Assembly (NCBI GenBank): GCA_951406725.2
Contig: OX597818.1
Location: 89,900,001 to 89,964,000 of the forward strand
DNA from: Octopus vulgaris
Taxonomy: Eukaryota
Direction: 5' to 3'
Length of the DNA: 64,000 bases
A model generated the notes under the pieces. That model saw only the letters and a list, made by a program, of their open reading frames with translations. It was not told where the DNA came from and made no database searches. This document shows positions 38,945 through 52,000 of this stretch, piece by piece. Positions within the stretch are counted from its first letter, which is position 1, and every line of letters begins with the position of its first letter. Made by a program: the position numbers and the translations under genes.

Positions 38945-39390
38945 AACGTGGCTCAGTGCTGCCACAACCTGATGCCACCATCGATACAGCCATTCGTCAG
39001 GCAGTTATTCATCGAATGTTCCAACCATCAACAATTCAACACCCATGTCTGAAGTCTTCATGAAGAGGCCAGATGAAAGAACTGAAGCAGCCCTCTCAAA
39101 GGCAGACTTCACAGACATGATACGCTTCCATAGTAATCATCATCCGGCACTCAGGCGGTGGCAAAATATGGCAGGATGCAGCGACACAGATCAATGCAGA
39201 CTCTGTAACAAGGAAGTGGAATCTGCAGGACATCTCTGGCTGAGATGTCCGGCTCTGATGGTGGAACGCTATATCTGCTAACTAGGGGCTACACTGGATG
39301 AGATGATTCGTCTCCCTACCGTGGCTCTAGCCCTTCTGAAAGTTATCCTCAGGCACTTGAGGTGTCTAAGAAGAAGAAAAAAAAAAAAAG
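38945..39390 (+). mobile_element. I/R1-group LINE 3' fragment with A-rich tail
   Basis: RFHSNHHPALRRW...QCRLCNKEVESAGHLWLRCPAL is a CCHC knuckle, followed by a poly(A)-like tail. Confidence 0.7.
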
Positions 39391-39880
39391 AACAGCAGCA
39401 GCACTGCCATTGCTCTCATTTTATTGTTCATTTTTCCATGCTATTACCTGAATGTTTTGTAAGGTAATGAGAGGACAACATGCAACAGCCATGACTTTTT
39501 ATTCAGTCAAACACAATCATGATTATTATGATGAGTCTAACACCTTAACCACTTAGCCACGTTACCCCCTCTACATAATATAAATGATGATGGGCTCTCC
39601 TACCAAAGATGATGTATGAGTGTTCAGCTTTTACTAAACGACCAGAACAAATGATTTTTTTATAGTGATCAAATGTATGTGCCGCACAATAGCTCACTCT
39701 ATCAAGTTACCTTTGCCTGGACAGGTGCACAGTGTGCCATACATCAGGTATTGAAGTAATTGCAGAACAACATGAGGTGAAATGTTTTGCTCAAGAACAC
39801 AATGCACCATCTGGCTTGGGAATTGAAACCAGGATCTCATGATCATGAATACTGCATTCTAACCATTAGGCCATGCACCC

Positions 39881-39912
<32 letters not shown>

Positions 39913-41561
39913 TTAACGTCCCTTTTCCGTGCTAGCACAGGTTGGACGGTTCGACCAGGGTCTGGGAAGTCAGGAGGCTGCACCAGGCTCCAGTCTGTTC
40001 TGGCAGTGTTTCTACAGCTGGATGCCCTTCCTAATGCCAACCACTCCGTGAGTATAGTGGGTGCTTTTTACGTGCCACCGGCACAGGTGCCTGGGGAGGC
40101 TGGAAGTGGCCATGATTGGTTGGTGCTTTTTACGTGCCACCAGCAAGTCAAATAATATAGAGTATATAAAAGACTAAATTATATACGTATATAACCTATG
40201 TAGTAGGTTACCGCCCTTGTAGCTGATGAACTGGTCATCTTCTCTTTCTAACTTACCTGTTTATATGTTCAAAATTTACTAGATGATGGTAGGGTTTTGT
40301 CATGATGTAATCTAAGAAAGCATCAATAAACAATACTGCTGAAACAGCTGTTGTGAATTTTGGACCTCACCTATGTTCTCCTCTATGAAGGCACATAGCT
40401 TAGTGGTTAGGGTATTCGGCTCATAATCGTAAGGTTGTGAGTTCAAAAACCAGTGGTGTGTTGTGTCCTTAAGTAAGACACTTTATTTTAGTTCACTCAG
40501 CTGGTAAAAGTGAGAAATACTTGTAATTCAAAAGGGCCAGCCTTGTCATACTCTGTGTCATGCTGAATCTCTCTGAGACCTGCGTAAATGGTACATGTGC
40601 TTGTAGATTGCTCAGCCACTTGCACATTAATTTCGCGAGCAGTCGGTTCCATTGTTCAGATCAACAGGAACCCTTGTTGTTGCAACTGATGGTGTGCCAG
40701 AGAAAATTTACCTTATTTCTCTGGAGTTTGAAAAAAAAAAAAATGAACAGCCTTAATTAATTTTCTAACCTTACTGGTTTCTCATCAGAGGTGTCTACAT
40801 CATTGTGATCAATCCCAGAGAAATAAGCAACCAATCTGTTTATAGACTGAACAATTACAGTAGCAACAGAGAACTGGAGTTACTAATTTGCAAACCCCAT
40901 GTATTCAATGCTTCATTTGATATCAACAGTGTGTTAACAGGGAGCTCAGTCCTCACAGTATCAAGGTATGATATAAATGATTTTGGCTGATGCCAGTGCT
41001 GCTTGGTTGGCACCTGTACTGGTGGCACATAACAAGCACCATTCAAGCATGAGTTGATGCCAATGCTGCCTCACTGGCTTCCCGTGCCGGTAGCATGTAA
41101 AAAGCTCCATCCGAATGTGGTCAATCCAGTGCCCTCTGAATGGCTCCTGTACCAGTGGCACATAAAAAGCACCATCTAAATGTGGTCAATGTTTTCAATT
41201 TAACCATACTAATACACTCCCTATTTCTAGATCATTTTAAATACAAACCTTTGACTCTACAACATTGTATATAAATTCCCTACTGGGAATGACCAAGTTT
41301 AAAAATCTGCTGGATCTCACTCATAAGGGAATCTTACATTGCTTATAAACTCTATATTTGGAAGGACTCATATTAAACTCTGTTGGACTTTTGGATTTTA
41401 CTCAAAGGATATTGGAATATTGCATGTATACCATTATGCCTAAAAATGTATTTACAACTTCAATACCCATACATATCTTGCATCTATTTTCTTTCCTCCA
41501 CCTCACTCTCTATTTTGTATCACATCTAAACTAACTATGACTTAATTTTCCTCTCACACCA

Positions 41562-41611
41562 TCTCCGATGAAGGGATATTATTAATTAATATCCTAGAAA
41601 CAGCTGTAAGA
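41562..41611 (+). ncRNA. Hammerhead-like motif in a Penelope-like remnant (~41215-41690)
   Basis: tct-CCGATGA-a-gGGATATT-attaatt-AATATCCt-a-GAAA-CAGCTG-TA-aga. U4C core variant with palindromic stem III. Confidence 0.5.
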
Positions 41612-42331
41612 GACCTTCAATCTATAAATGCTCTAATATTTATACAGCCTTGGTTTTTTTATCTTATTACATAAAAAATTCTTATAAATATATATATGAC
41701 TGGGTTCTTTCAGTTTCCAACTACCAAATCCAAGCATACGGCTTTGGTTGGCCCAAGGCTATAGTAAAAGACACTTGCCCAAGATACCATGCAGTGGGAC
41801 TGACCCTAGAACCATGTGGTTGGTAAGCAAGCTACTTACCACACAGCCACTCCTGCACTTATATCTATTGATTAAATACATTTTTGTAAGGGTAGATTGA
41901 GCTTCTTAGTAGCAGTGAAAGCAGTCAATTTAGGATGAGGAAAACTCCAAAATTAATAAGAGAGTAAAAGAGACAGGCTCACAATCACAATTATTAACTT
42001 GATGCTCTAATAACTGGAAAGAGTTAATTATGATGTTTTGGACAATGTCCATCTGCTGAATAAAATGGGAAGAGAGGAAGGGAAAAAGAGGTAAAAATAG
42101 AAAGGAAAAGTCTAGAGAAAATAGATTTTGGTGAAAAATGTACACAGTTGTTGGTTAGCTTACATGGCATATGTATGTTTATGTATATGCATGTGTGTAT
42201 GTGTGTGTCTGTGCATATCTATATGTGTAGCTGTGTGCGTGTGTGTGTATTTACATACGAAGAGTAAGAGAGAGAGAGAGAACTGGTGAGAAAGACAAAC
42301 AGACAGATAGACAAAGCAATTAGATACATAC

Positions 42332-42476
42332 TGGCAAAGTTCCTTCATCTGACTACGTGATAGGTTATTGATCTCTGTCCGAAGTAAATCATTAGGATTC
42401 ATCGAGAATGTAATAGAATCTGTGAGGCAGCTTTGCAAAGTTTCTTCAATGGTTGAATAGCAGAAAGCATCACAAC
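42332..42476 (-). CDS. Membrane protein gene, exon (phase 1-2) CDAFCYSTIEETLQSCLTDSITFSMNPNDLLRTEINNLSRSQMKELC
   Basis: gtatttccag acceptor, gtatgt donor, 145 nt open, joins the next exon in frame. Confidence 0.83.
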
Positions 42477-43585
42477 CTGGAAATACACAAAAAAAGAAAA
42501 AACAAAATAGATGTTACAAGTTCACATGACATTGAAAAACGTTTATTTCTTTATTTGCCCACAAGGGGCTAAACATAGAGGGGACAAACAAGGACAAAGG
42601 GATTAAGTCGATTACATCGACCCCAGTGCATAACTGGTACTTAATTTATCGACCCCGAAAGGATGAAAGGCAAAGTCTACCTCGGCGGAATTTGAACTCA
42701 GAACATAACGGCAGATAAAATACCTATTTCTTTACTACCCACAAGGGGCTAAACACAGAGAGGACAAACAAGGACAGACAAAGGGATTAAGTCGATTACA
42801 TCGACCCTAGTGCATAATTGGTACTTAATTTATCAACCCCGAAAGGATGAAAGGCAAAGTCGACCTGAGCAGAATTTGAACTCAGAACGTAACAGCAGAC
42901 GAAACACCACTAAGCATTTCGTCCAGCGTACTACGGTTTCTGCCAGCTCGCCACCTTTATATATATTGAAAAACATTGAAGTGCAGTATGAGACATTTTG
43001 GCATAGAAGTTTTAGCGCTACCTATTTGGTGTCACCGATTCAATACATGACATATTTGACGCCGAACATTTTAATGCTTTTTGTCATTTTCAACATAAAA
43101 AACATGGATAATATTTTGACTTGATCTGGCTGGTTCAATGGTAAAGAGCTAAAATATAAAGCGATTATGATACTGAGAAATATTTTTTTCTAAATTTCAA
43201 TTTTTTTCCCCTAAATTTTCATTCCTGCTTATGTTAATTTGATCATTTTTGATCTTCAGTTTGTAATCATGCAACAAAAAGAACATCCATCTCTCTTGAA
43301 CTTTACTAAAGCTCATACACTCTGGATCTGAAGACAGCCATGTCCTGCTTTGCCGAAACTCTTTCCAATGACTTGCCCAGTGACAAATAAAAAGTATATT
43401 AGTCACATCATGGATTATGCCAGTTCTACCTGGATTCCAGTCTATTATACCTCTAACAAACCCCACCAACCAGTAAGAACACAACGCTGCACATGTTGTA
43501 TCATCTCAGGGCTGCCTATAGACCACCTGTACTATGAATCAATGAAAGAGGGCCAGTTCTAAGTTCAAATCATATATATGTATGC

Positions 43586-43630
<45 letters not shown>

Positions 43631-43818
43631 TGCATACATACATACGTACATAAGTATATATTTATATATATACAGATATATATTTATATAAAATTAGTGT
43701 ACACTTAAACACAAAAATGAGGTGAGCCTTAACAGGTTGCCTTACATGCTAGAAAGACTTTTTGACTGTTCCTTCTAGCATGCAAGGTGACCTGTTAAGG
43801 CTCACCTCTTTTTGTGTT

Positions 43819-43878
<60 letters not shown>

Positions 43879-43920
43879 TGAAACTCAAAAGAGGTATAAT
43901 TTTCCATTCTTCTTTGTATG

Positions 43921-43966
<46 letters not shown>

Positions 43967-44264
43967 ACTTCCGTGTCGGTGGCATGTAAAAAGCACCATC
44001 AGAATCGTAGCCGAAGCCAGTGCCGCCTTGACTGGCTTCCATAAAATGCACCAATCCGACTGTGGCTGATGCCAGCCTCGCCTGGCACCAGTGCAGGTGG
44101 CACGTAAAAAGCACCCACTACACTCACGGAGTGGTTGGTGTTAGGAAGGGCATCCAGCTGTAGAAACTTTGCCAGATAAGACCGGAGCCTGGTGCAGCCT
44201 TCTGGCTTCCCAGATCCCCCGGTCGAACCGTCCAACCCATGCTAGCATGGAGAAAGGACGTTAA

Positions 44265-44296
<32 letters not shown>

Positions 44297-44652
44297 ATGT
44301 ATGTATGTATGTATATATATATACGTATATATATGTATACACACACACAGACACATATATATATTGATGTAGGAAATTTGTAAGTCTTGCTAATGCAGAC
44401 ACAAAAGTATAGCACAGGCTTCTGTCTGACCAGCTCTCGCCAAACCATCCAGCCCATGCTAGCATGGAAGGAGGTTAAACGATGATGATGATTATATATA
44501 TATATATATATATATATATCAAATTAAATAAATACACAACCAAATGAGCTACTAATAGCTTCATGTTTTTATGATACCTGAACAAGCATATTTGTAAAAT
44601 ACACCCTGCATCTTCAAGCAATCTTTCAGGCTCTATTTATACATTATAAAAT

Positions 44653-47600
44653 TGTTATATAGTGAAACTGTACTTACTTCCCGTTAAAAAGTGGTAGGAT
44701 ACAGCCATTATAAATAGACCAGTAGCTGGTCAACAGAGAAGATCGAGAAGTTCGAAAGTATGTGTAGACTGTGCTGATAGTCATGTTTGTGTTCATTGGT
44801 GCCCCAGCATGGCCGCGGCCTTCGGGCTAAAACATTTTTAAGGATTTAAGGATTTAAGGATACTGCGGAGGCGCAATGGCCCAGTGGTTAGGGCAGCGGA
44901 CTAGCGGTCATAGGATCGCAGTTTTGATTCCCAGACTGGGCATTGTGAGTGTTTATTGAGCAAAAACACCTAAAGAACCACAAGGCTCCAGCAGGGGGTG
45001 GTGGTGATCCCTGCTGTATTCCTTTACCACAACTTTCTCTCACTCTTTCTTCCTGTTTCTGTTGTACCTGTATTTCAAAGGGCCAGCTTTGTCACACTTT
45101 GTGTCACACTGAATCTTCTCGAGAACTACGTTAAGGGTACACGTGTCTGTGGAGTGCTCAGCGACTTGCACGTTAATAAATGAGCTGCGACGTCACTGGT
45201 GCCAAGCTGTATCAGCCTTTGTCTTTCCCTTGGATAACATTTGTGGTGTGGAGAGGGGAGGCTGGTATGCGTGGGCGACTGCTGGTCTTCCATAATCAAC
45301 CTTGCTCAGACTTATGCCTCCGAGGGTAACTTTCTAGGTACAATCCCATGGTCATTCATGACTGAAGGGGGTCACAACAACAAGTAATTACACTGTGATA
45401 CTGATTGGACGTTATAATGATCCAACCTTTTGAGAATAATAACACAGTATGACTGGGGGGGGGGGTGTCGTACAGTGCCAGATGGAATCATTCTATCAAT
45501 GACTTTGGAATATAACAATATCTGTCAGAGCAACAATCATCATCAACGACTGATATAACACTGGTAAAAGGCCACCTCATAATAGTGGCAATAAGGAAAA
45601 ACAAATTTACGTGGAGTGAAAAAAAGAACATTCACACGGAGAGTTTAAACTAATTCATGTGGAAAATTAAATACTTTGGCAAAAAGAAACAAGAATCTTG
45701 TTGTGCAAACTGTGGAAAATCATTAAGTATGGAAGACTTGTTAGCTAAGATAGTTTAGTTGCAGAAACAGCAACAATAACAACTCAAGGAACAATGAGAA
45801 GAACTACAAGTATTGCAGCAGCAAATAGTTAAACTAATGAAGTTGATAACCAAACTGGAGAATACAGTTTCACCTGTCTATGTAGCAAATTCCATAAATT
45901 AAAATATGACTCTGAAGAAGGAGTAACCTTCAAGGCTTACTTTTGAAGATTTCAACAAATTTTTGAAAAAGAATATCAGGATTGGAAATGAAAACCTATC
46001 TAGTGTTAAGAAATCTAGTGACAGCAGAGCATGAGAAGTATAGTTACTACATATTGCCAAAAAAATTGTCTGACTCAGTTGACATTTTGTGCAAAATGTT
46101 TAGTGAAAAGAGCTCACTGCCTAATATCAGATGGAAATGTTTAAACATAGAAAAGAGTGAAGATTTCACTACTTACACAGGCAGAGTCAACAAAGAATGT
46201 AAGAGATTTAGGTTAGATGTGTTTACTCCAGGTTCTTTCAAGTGCTTGAATTTTGCACAAGGATTGACAGATAGAAGTGATGCAGAAATCTGAACAAAAA
46301 TTCTGTCAAAACTGGAAATGAACCAGGATTTGACATTGCAGAAACTGTCTGAAGAGTGTGACAGGATATTAAAATTAAGGCATGACATGGAAGAAATTTA
46401 ATGGAAAGAGTGTTTCTGCATAAGACCAGTGCAAAAATGTTGGAAGACAAATAAAATGTTGCAGAAAAAACAGAAAAAAATCAGGTTGTAGACCCATGTA
46501 TGGCATGTGGTGGAATGCACCTGAAAAAAGATTGCCAATATAAAAAAGCAAAGTGTTTTCACTGTGGGTTTACAGAACATATAAAATTGCACTGCAAAAC
46601 TAGAATGGTAGGAAAATGGAAAAATAAATAGTTTGGCAGCAGAAAAAGTTGTGACTACAAAAAACAGAAAATTTGTGAATGTGAAAACTGAAAATACTAG
46701 CGTCAGAATGCAATTAGAAATGGGAAGTGATATTACAATCATAAATAAGAAAAACATGGGAACAAATGAATAAACCAAAAGTATGTAGTTCAAACAAAAT
46801 AGCATATGGTGTTACAGGAGGAAAATTATATTTTACGGGCAAACGTGTTTGTAACATAATGTTCAAAGGTCAAACCAAAAAAAGTGAATGGTTATGTGTT
46901 GAAAAAAATCCATGAATTTATTTAGCACTGAATGTATGGAGAAATTTAATTTAAAGGATATACCCATAAGCGCTTTATGCAATAGCAGTCAAATGATTGA
47001 ATGAGGTTGATGAACTGAAACAAAAAAAGTGATGTGGAACATTGTGCGTGAACTACCAGTAACTTTGGAAGAAATAAAAAGAAATGCGAGAAATGGCAAA
47101 TTTATTAATGAGATGAAAAGAAAATTGTGGTCGACAAAAGGAAATAAAAAAAGGTCTGATGCAAAGAACTGCCAAGATATGAATGTGTACTCTATATGTG
47201 ATGGTGTACTAATGTATGTTCAGAGGGTGGTCATTTCACAGACATTACAGAAGAGAATGCTAAAAGAGCTTCATGTGGGATACCCAGGCATCTCTTGAAT
47301 GAAAGCGCTGATGCAAAGTTTAGTATACTGTCCAAGCATGGACAAATGAGTTGAAAACCTAGTAAAAGGCTGCAGAAGATGTACACTGTCAGCAAAACTA
47401 CCAACTATAAAATATGAACCTTGGCTGGAAGTGAAAATACCATGGTCCTAATTGCATATCGATTTTGCAGGCCCGTAAATGGATATTATTATTTAATAGT
47501 AGTGGACAGCTACACAAAATGGGTCTGAGGTCGCGAAGTGTTAATAACCTTGTATACAGTAATAAACTTCTTACACGAGCTGTTCGCAAGATTTGATGTA

Positions 47601-48646
47601 CCAGATATAATTGTCTGATAAAGGAACACAATTTGTTTCCTGTGAGTTTAAAAGATTCTGCAAGATGTTCATGTTAGAACATAAAACTATAGTACTGTAT
47701 CTCCCTAGATCGAATGGAAGGCTCGAACGGTTCGTGGACACTTTTAAGAGAGCTTTAAAGAAAGCTAATAAGGAAGCCATGGACGAGGTTGTGATCCAAC
47801 AATTCTTAAGGGTATACAGGGTAGCTTGAAACTCAAATGCACCAGAAGGAAGTTCACCAGCAGAATTAATGTTTGCTAGAAAGGTGAAGTCAGTATTTGA
47901 TAAACTGCTACCAGTGAATAAAAAGATACATGTTAGTAAAGACATACCAAAATTCTTTAGAATTGGTGACAAAGTATATGTAAGAATGCAAAAAACTGGC
48001 AAGCAATACTGGGAAGAAGGTGAAATTGTAACATACATAGGAGGAATGAGGTATGGTGTAAGAAGCAGAAATGGAATATAAAGAGACATAGAAATCAGCT
48101 TAAGGAAAGAGTCATAGAAAAGGAACCAACAAGAGTAGAAATACCAATGGATTGGCTATGTGACACTTTTCAGGTTCCAACATCATTACAAGAAGTTGAA
48201 ACCACGCATACAAGGAAAAGGAAGAACACTGAATTCCTTCCTAAGAAGAAAATATATTGAGTATATAAAAAAAGGAGGTGGGGTGAATAAAAGGAATTGA
48301 TTGTTAAATAAAATAATTAAAAGGAGAGATGTTGTATAGTGAAACTATACACCCCTCCCAGTAAAAAGTGGCAGTGGCCAGCCATTATAAATAGACCAGT
48401 AGCCGGTCGACAAAAAGAATGTTGAAAAGGTTGAAAGTATGTGCAGGCTGTGTTGACAGTCATGTCTGTGCTGATATAGTAATTATATGATACTGAGTGA
48501 ACGCTATAACGATCCAACCTTTTGAGGATATTAACACTGTATGACTGGTGGGGTTGTATAGTGCCAGATGGAATCATTCTATCGATGACTTCGGAATGTA
48601 ACAATATCTGCCAGAGCAACAATTGTCATCAAAGACAGATACAACA
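44653..48646 (+). mobile_element. Decayed Ty3/Gypsy (Mag-like) LTR retrotransposon lacking RT/RNase H
   Basis: TG...CA LTRs at 44653-45560 (SINE-interrupted) and 48330-48646, PPT aaaaggagag. Gag remnant, protease QLEMGSDITII, integrase LHIDFAGP...VVDSYTKW...SDKGTQF...SNGRLERFVDTFK. Confidence 0.9.
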
Positions 48647-48822
48647 GTATCAAAAGAAAGCTTTACAACGTGACTGTGTGGTAAGTAGCTTGCTTACCAA
48701 CCACATGGCTCCGGGTTAAGTCCCACTGCGTGGCACCTTGGGCAAGTGTGTTCTACTATAGCCTCGGCCCGACCAAAGCCTTGTGAGTGGATTTGGTAGA
48801 CGGAAACTGAAAGAAGTCCTTC

Positions 48823-48862
<40 letters not shown>

Positions 48863-49288
48863 ATGCGTGTGTATATATGTTTGCGTGTATTTGTTTGTCC
48901 CCCCCAACATCGTTTGACAACCAATGCTGGTGTGTTTACGTCCCCATAACTTAGCGGTTCGGCAAAAGAGACCGATAGAATAAGTACTAGGCTTACAAAG
49001 AGTAAGTCCTGGGGTCGATTTGCTCGACTGAAGGCGGTGCTCCAGCATGGCTGCAGTCACATGACTGAAACAAGTAAAAGAGAGTAAAATAGAGAAACCC
49101 TGAATGCCCCATGCTGATCTTCTACAGTGGTTGCTATCAGGTTCTAGAAGCATGCAGAAATGGACAGAACTGTAGAAATGTAAACGATGGTGGTGCTGAG
49201 GAAGAAGACAAGTGTTGTATATTATGCATCAGGAGAGAACAAAAATATTGATGTTGAGGTTGATGAGGATGATGACGATGATGATGAT

Positions 49289-49335
<47 letters not shown>

Positions 49336-49484
49336 GCACACATGCACACACACACATATACTCATCTACCCTGGAGCTGTTGGATTCTTATCACCAATCA
49401 GCTGTCTCTTGTATTTCCTGTTTGATTTATTTGACATTAGTTTCGGATGACCTTCACACTCTTAGCTAAGTTGAGAAAAATCCT

Positions 49485-49790
49485 CACCACCACCACAGCT
49501 GCCACTGCCACCACCACAACCATCAGCTGCAACAGCAGCACTACCACCACCACCACTACAACAACAGCAACAACAACAATGATGATCACCACCACCACCA
49601 CCACCACCACCACCACCACCACCACCACCACTATCACTACCATCATCATCACCAGCATGACCACCAGCAACATCACCATCATCATTAGCACCGTCATCAC
49701 CACCATCATTGTTATCATCATCATTATCATGACCACTACAATGACTACAATGATGATAACGACCCTGCCACTACAACCACCACCACCACC
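49485..49790. repeat. Imperfect (CAC/CAT)n tract
   Basis: Directly visible. Confidence 0.95.
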
Positions 49791-50054
49791 ATTTTTTAAT
49801 TCTATTTATAGCTCTTGTTATGCTTATATCATATTGTTTTTTCTTTTGTTATTTCTATTTGTTTTCTTTTTTTTTAATCATTTGCTGTTATTTATTTTAT
49901 TTTACTTTAATCTCTTTACTTACTTAATCCAGTTAATCTATGCCAGATGAAGCCAGGGTTTTTTTCCTCCGTGTTAGTTAATCTGACTGGCATCTTCTTC
50001 AACTTGTTGCAAAGGGATTATTTATTATACATTCCAACTGTCAACCAACAAACC

Positions 50055-50990
50055 AACCATCCATCCATCCAGCTAGCCATACACATATACATACATGCGC
50101 ATATATATACACACACTTCTATCCATCCATACATATATACATACATGCATACATACACATGTCTATCCATGCATACATACATACACATATATATATATAC
50201 ACACATGTCTATCCATACACACATACATACATGCACATATATATACACACACTTCTATCCACACATACATACAAGCATACATACATACATACACATGTCT
50301 ATCCATGCATACATACATACACATATTTAAATGCACACTTGTCTATCCATACAAACATACATACATGCACATATATATACACACACTTCTGTTCATACAT
50401 ACATACATACATACATACATACATACACATGTCTATCCATACATACATATACATATACACACACACACATCTATCCATTTACACATACATACATGCACGC
50501 ACATACACACACACTATCCATACATACATACATGCATACATACATACATACATACACACGTCTATCCATACATACATATACATATACACACACACATCTA
50601 TCCATTTACACATACATACATGCACGCACATATATATACACACACACTATCCATATATACATACATGCATACATACAAACACACACATTCGTCTATCTAT
50701 ACAAACATACATATACACACGTCTATCCATACATGCACATCCATACATGCACATATATACACACATACGTCTGTGCATATATATATATACACACATTTAT
50801 CCATACATGCATACATACATACATACATACACAAATACAGACATACATGCACACACATATATATACACACATCTATCCATCCATCCATACACACATACAT
50901 ACATACACACATCCATACATACATACATACATACATACATCCATCCATACATACATACATATATACATACATACACACATAAACGTATAT
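50055..50990. repeat. ~0.9-kb complex (CATA/CA/TA) minisatellite with recurring gtctatccat
   Basis: Directly visible. Source of the 200-295 aa His/Thr/Tyr/Ile pseudo-ORFs. Confidence 0.95.
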
Positions 50991-51502
50991 GTACATCTTT
51001 TATTTGTTTCACTCATTAGACTATGGCCATACTAGGGCACCGCCTTGAAGAATTGCTAGTCAAATGAATTGGTCCCAGTACTTATTTTTGTATTTTAAAC
51101 CTGCTACTTATTCTATCAGTCTCTTTTGCTGACCTGCTGAGATATAGGGATGTAAACAAACCAACATTGGTTGTCAAGTGGTGGTGATGGTGGGAACAGA
51201 GACAGACCTAAAGACACACACACACACACACATTGATTGATATACATATACCCTTTTACTCTTTTACTTGTTTCAGTCATTTTGACTGTGGCCATGCTGG
51301 AGCACTGCCTTTACTCGGGCGAATCGACCTCAGGACTTATTCTTTGTAAGCCTAGTACTTATTCTATCGGTCTCTTCTGCCGAACTGCTAAGTGACAGGG
51401 ACGTAAACACACCAGCATCAAGCGATGTTTGGTGGGACAAACACAGACACACAAACATACATACACGCACACACATATATATATACATATATTGTGTGTG
51501 TG

Positions 51503-51539
<37 letters not shown>

Positions 51540-51714
51540 GATGGGCTTCTTTCACTTTCCATCTACCAAATCCACTCACAGGGCTTTGGACGGCCCGAGG
51601 CTATAGTAGAAGACACTTGCCCAAGGTGACACACAGTGGGACTGAACCCGGAACCATGTGGTTGGTAAGCAAGCTACTTGCCACACAGCCACTCCTGCAC
51701 CTATATGTGCATGT

Positions 51715-52000
51715 ATGATAGAGCATGTCTTAAGAGAGAAAAATTGGGTACAAGAGGCATCGGACGAAGTGCACAAGAGAGAAGACTGTATGGTCACGTG
51801 ATGCATATGGATGAGAACAGCTGCATAAAGAAGCGCTGATCTCTAATTGTGGAAGGAACCTGCAAAAGAGGTAGACCTACGAAGATGTGGAATAAAATGG
51901 TGAAATGTAATCTTCGGATGTTGAGTCTCACAGAGGTGATGATAAGTGACCGGGTCTTCTGGCAATTTACTGTGCTTGAGAAGACATTTCAATCTAAGTG
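51715..52000 (+). mobile_element. RTE LINE 3' fragment
   Basis: RRLYGHVMHMDENSCIKK...VEGTCKRGRPTKMWNKMVK. Confidence 0.75.

Noticed and set aside
38662-38993. Poly-K/S/L ORFs (also 55894-56149)
   Set aside because: (AAG)n/(CTT)n microsatellite.
49370-49460. Possible minus-strand exon CEGHPKLMSNKSNRKYKRQLIGDKNPTAP with a furin-like site
   Set aside because: The available GT donor gives phase 2, incompatible with the phase-1 start at 42476; the other frames contain stops.
49447-51035. Long 167-295 aa ORFs (poly-Thr; His/Thr/Tyr/Ile)
   Set aside because: Simple and minisatellite repeats open in several frames, with no splice or domain support.
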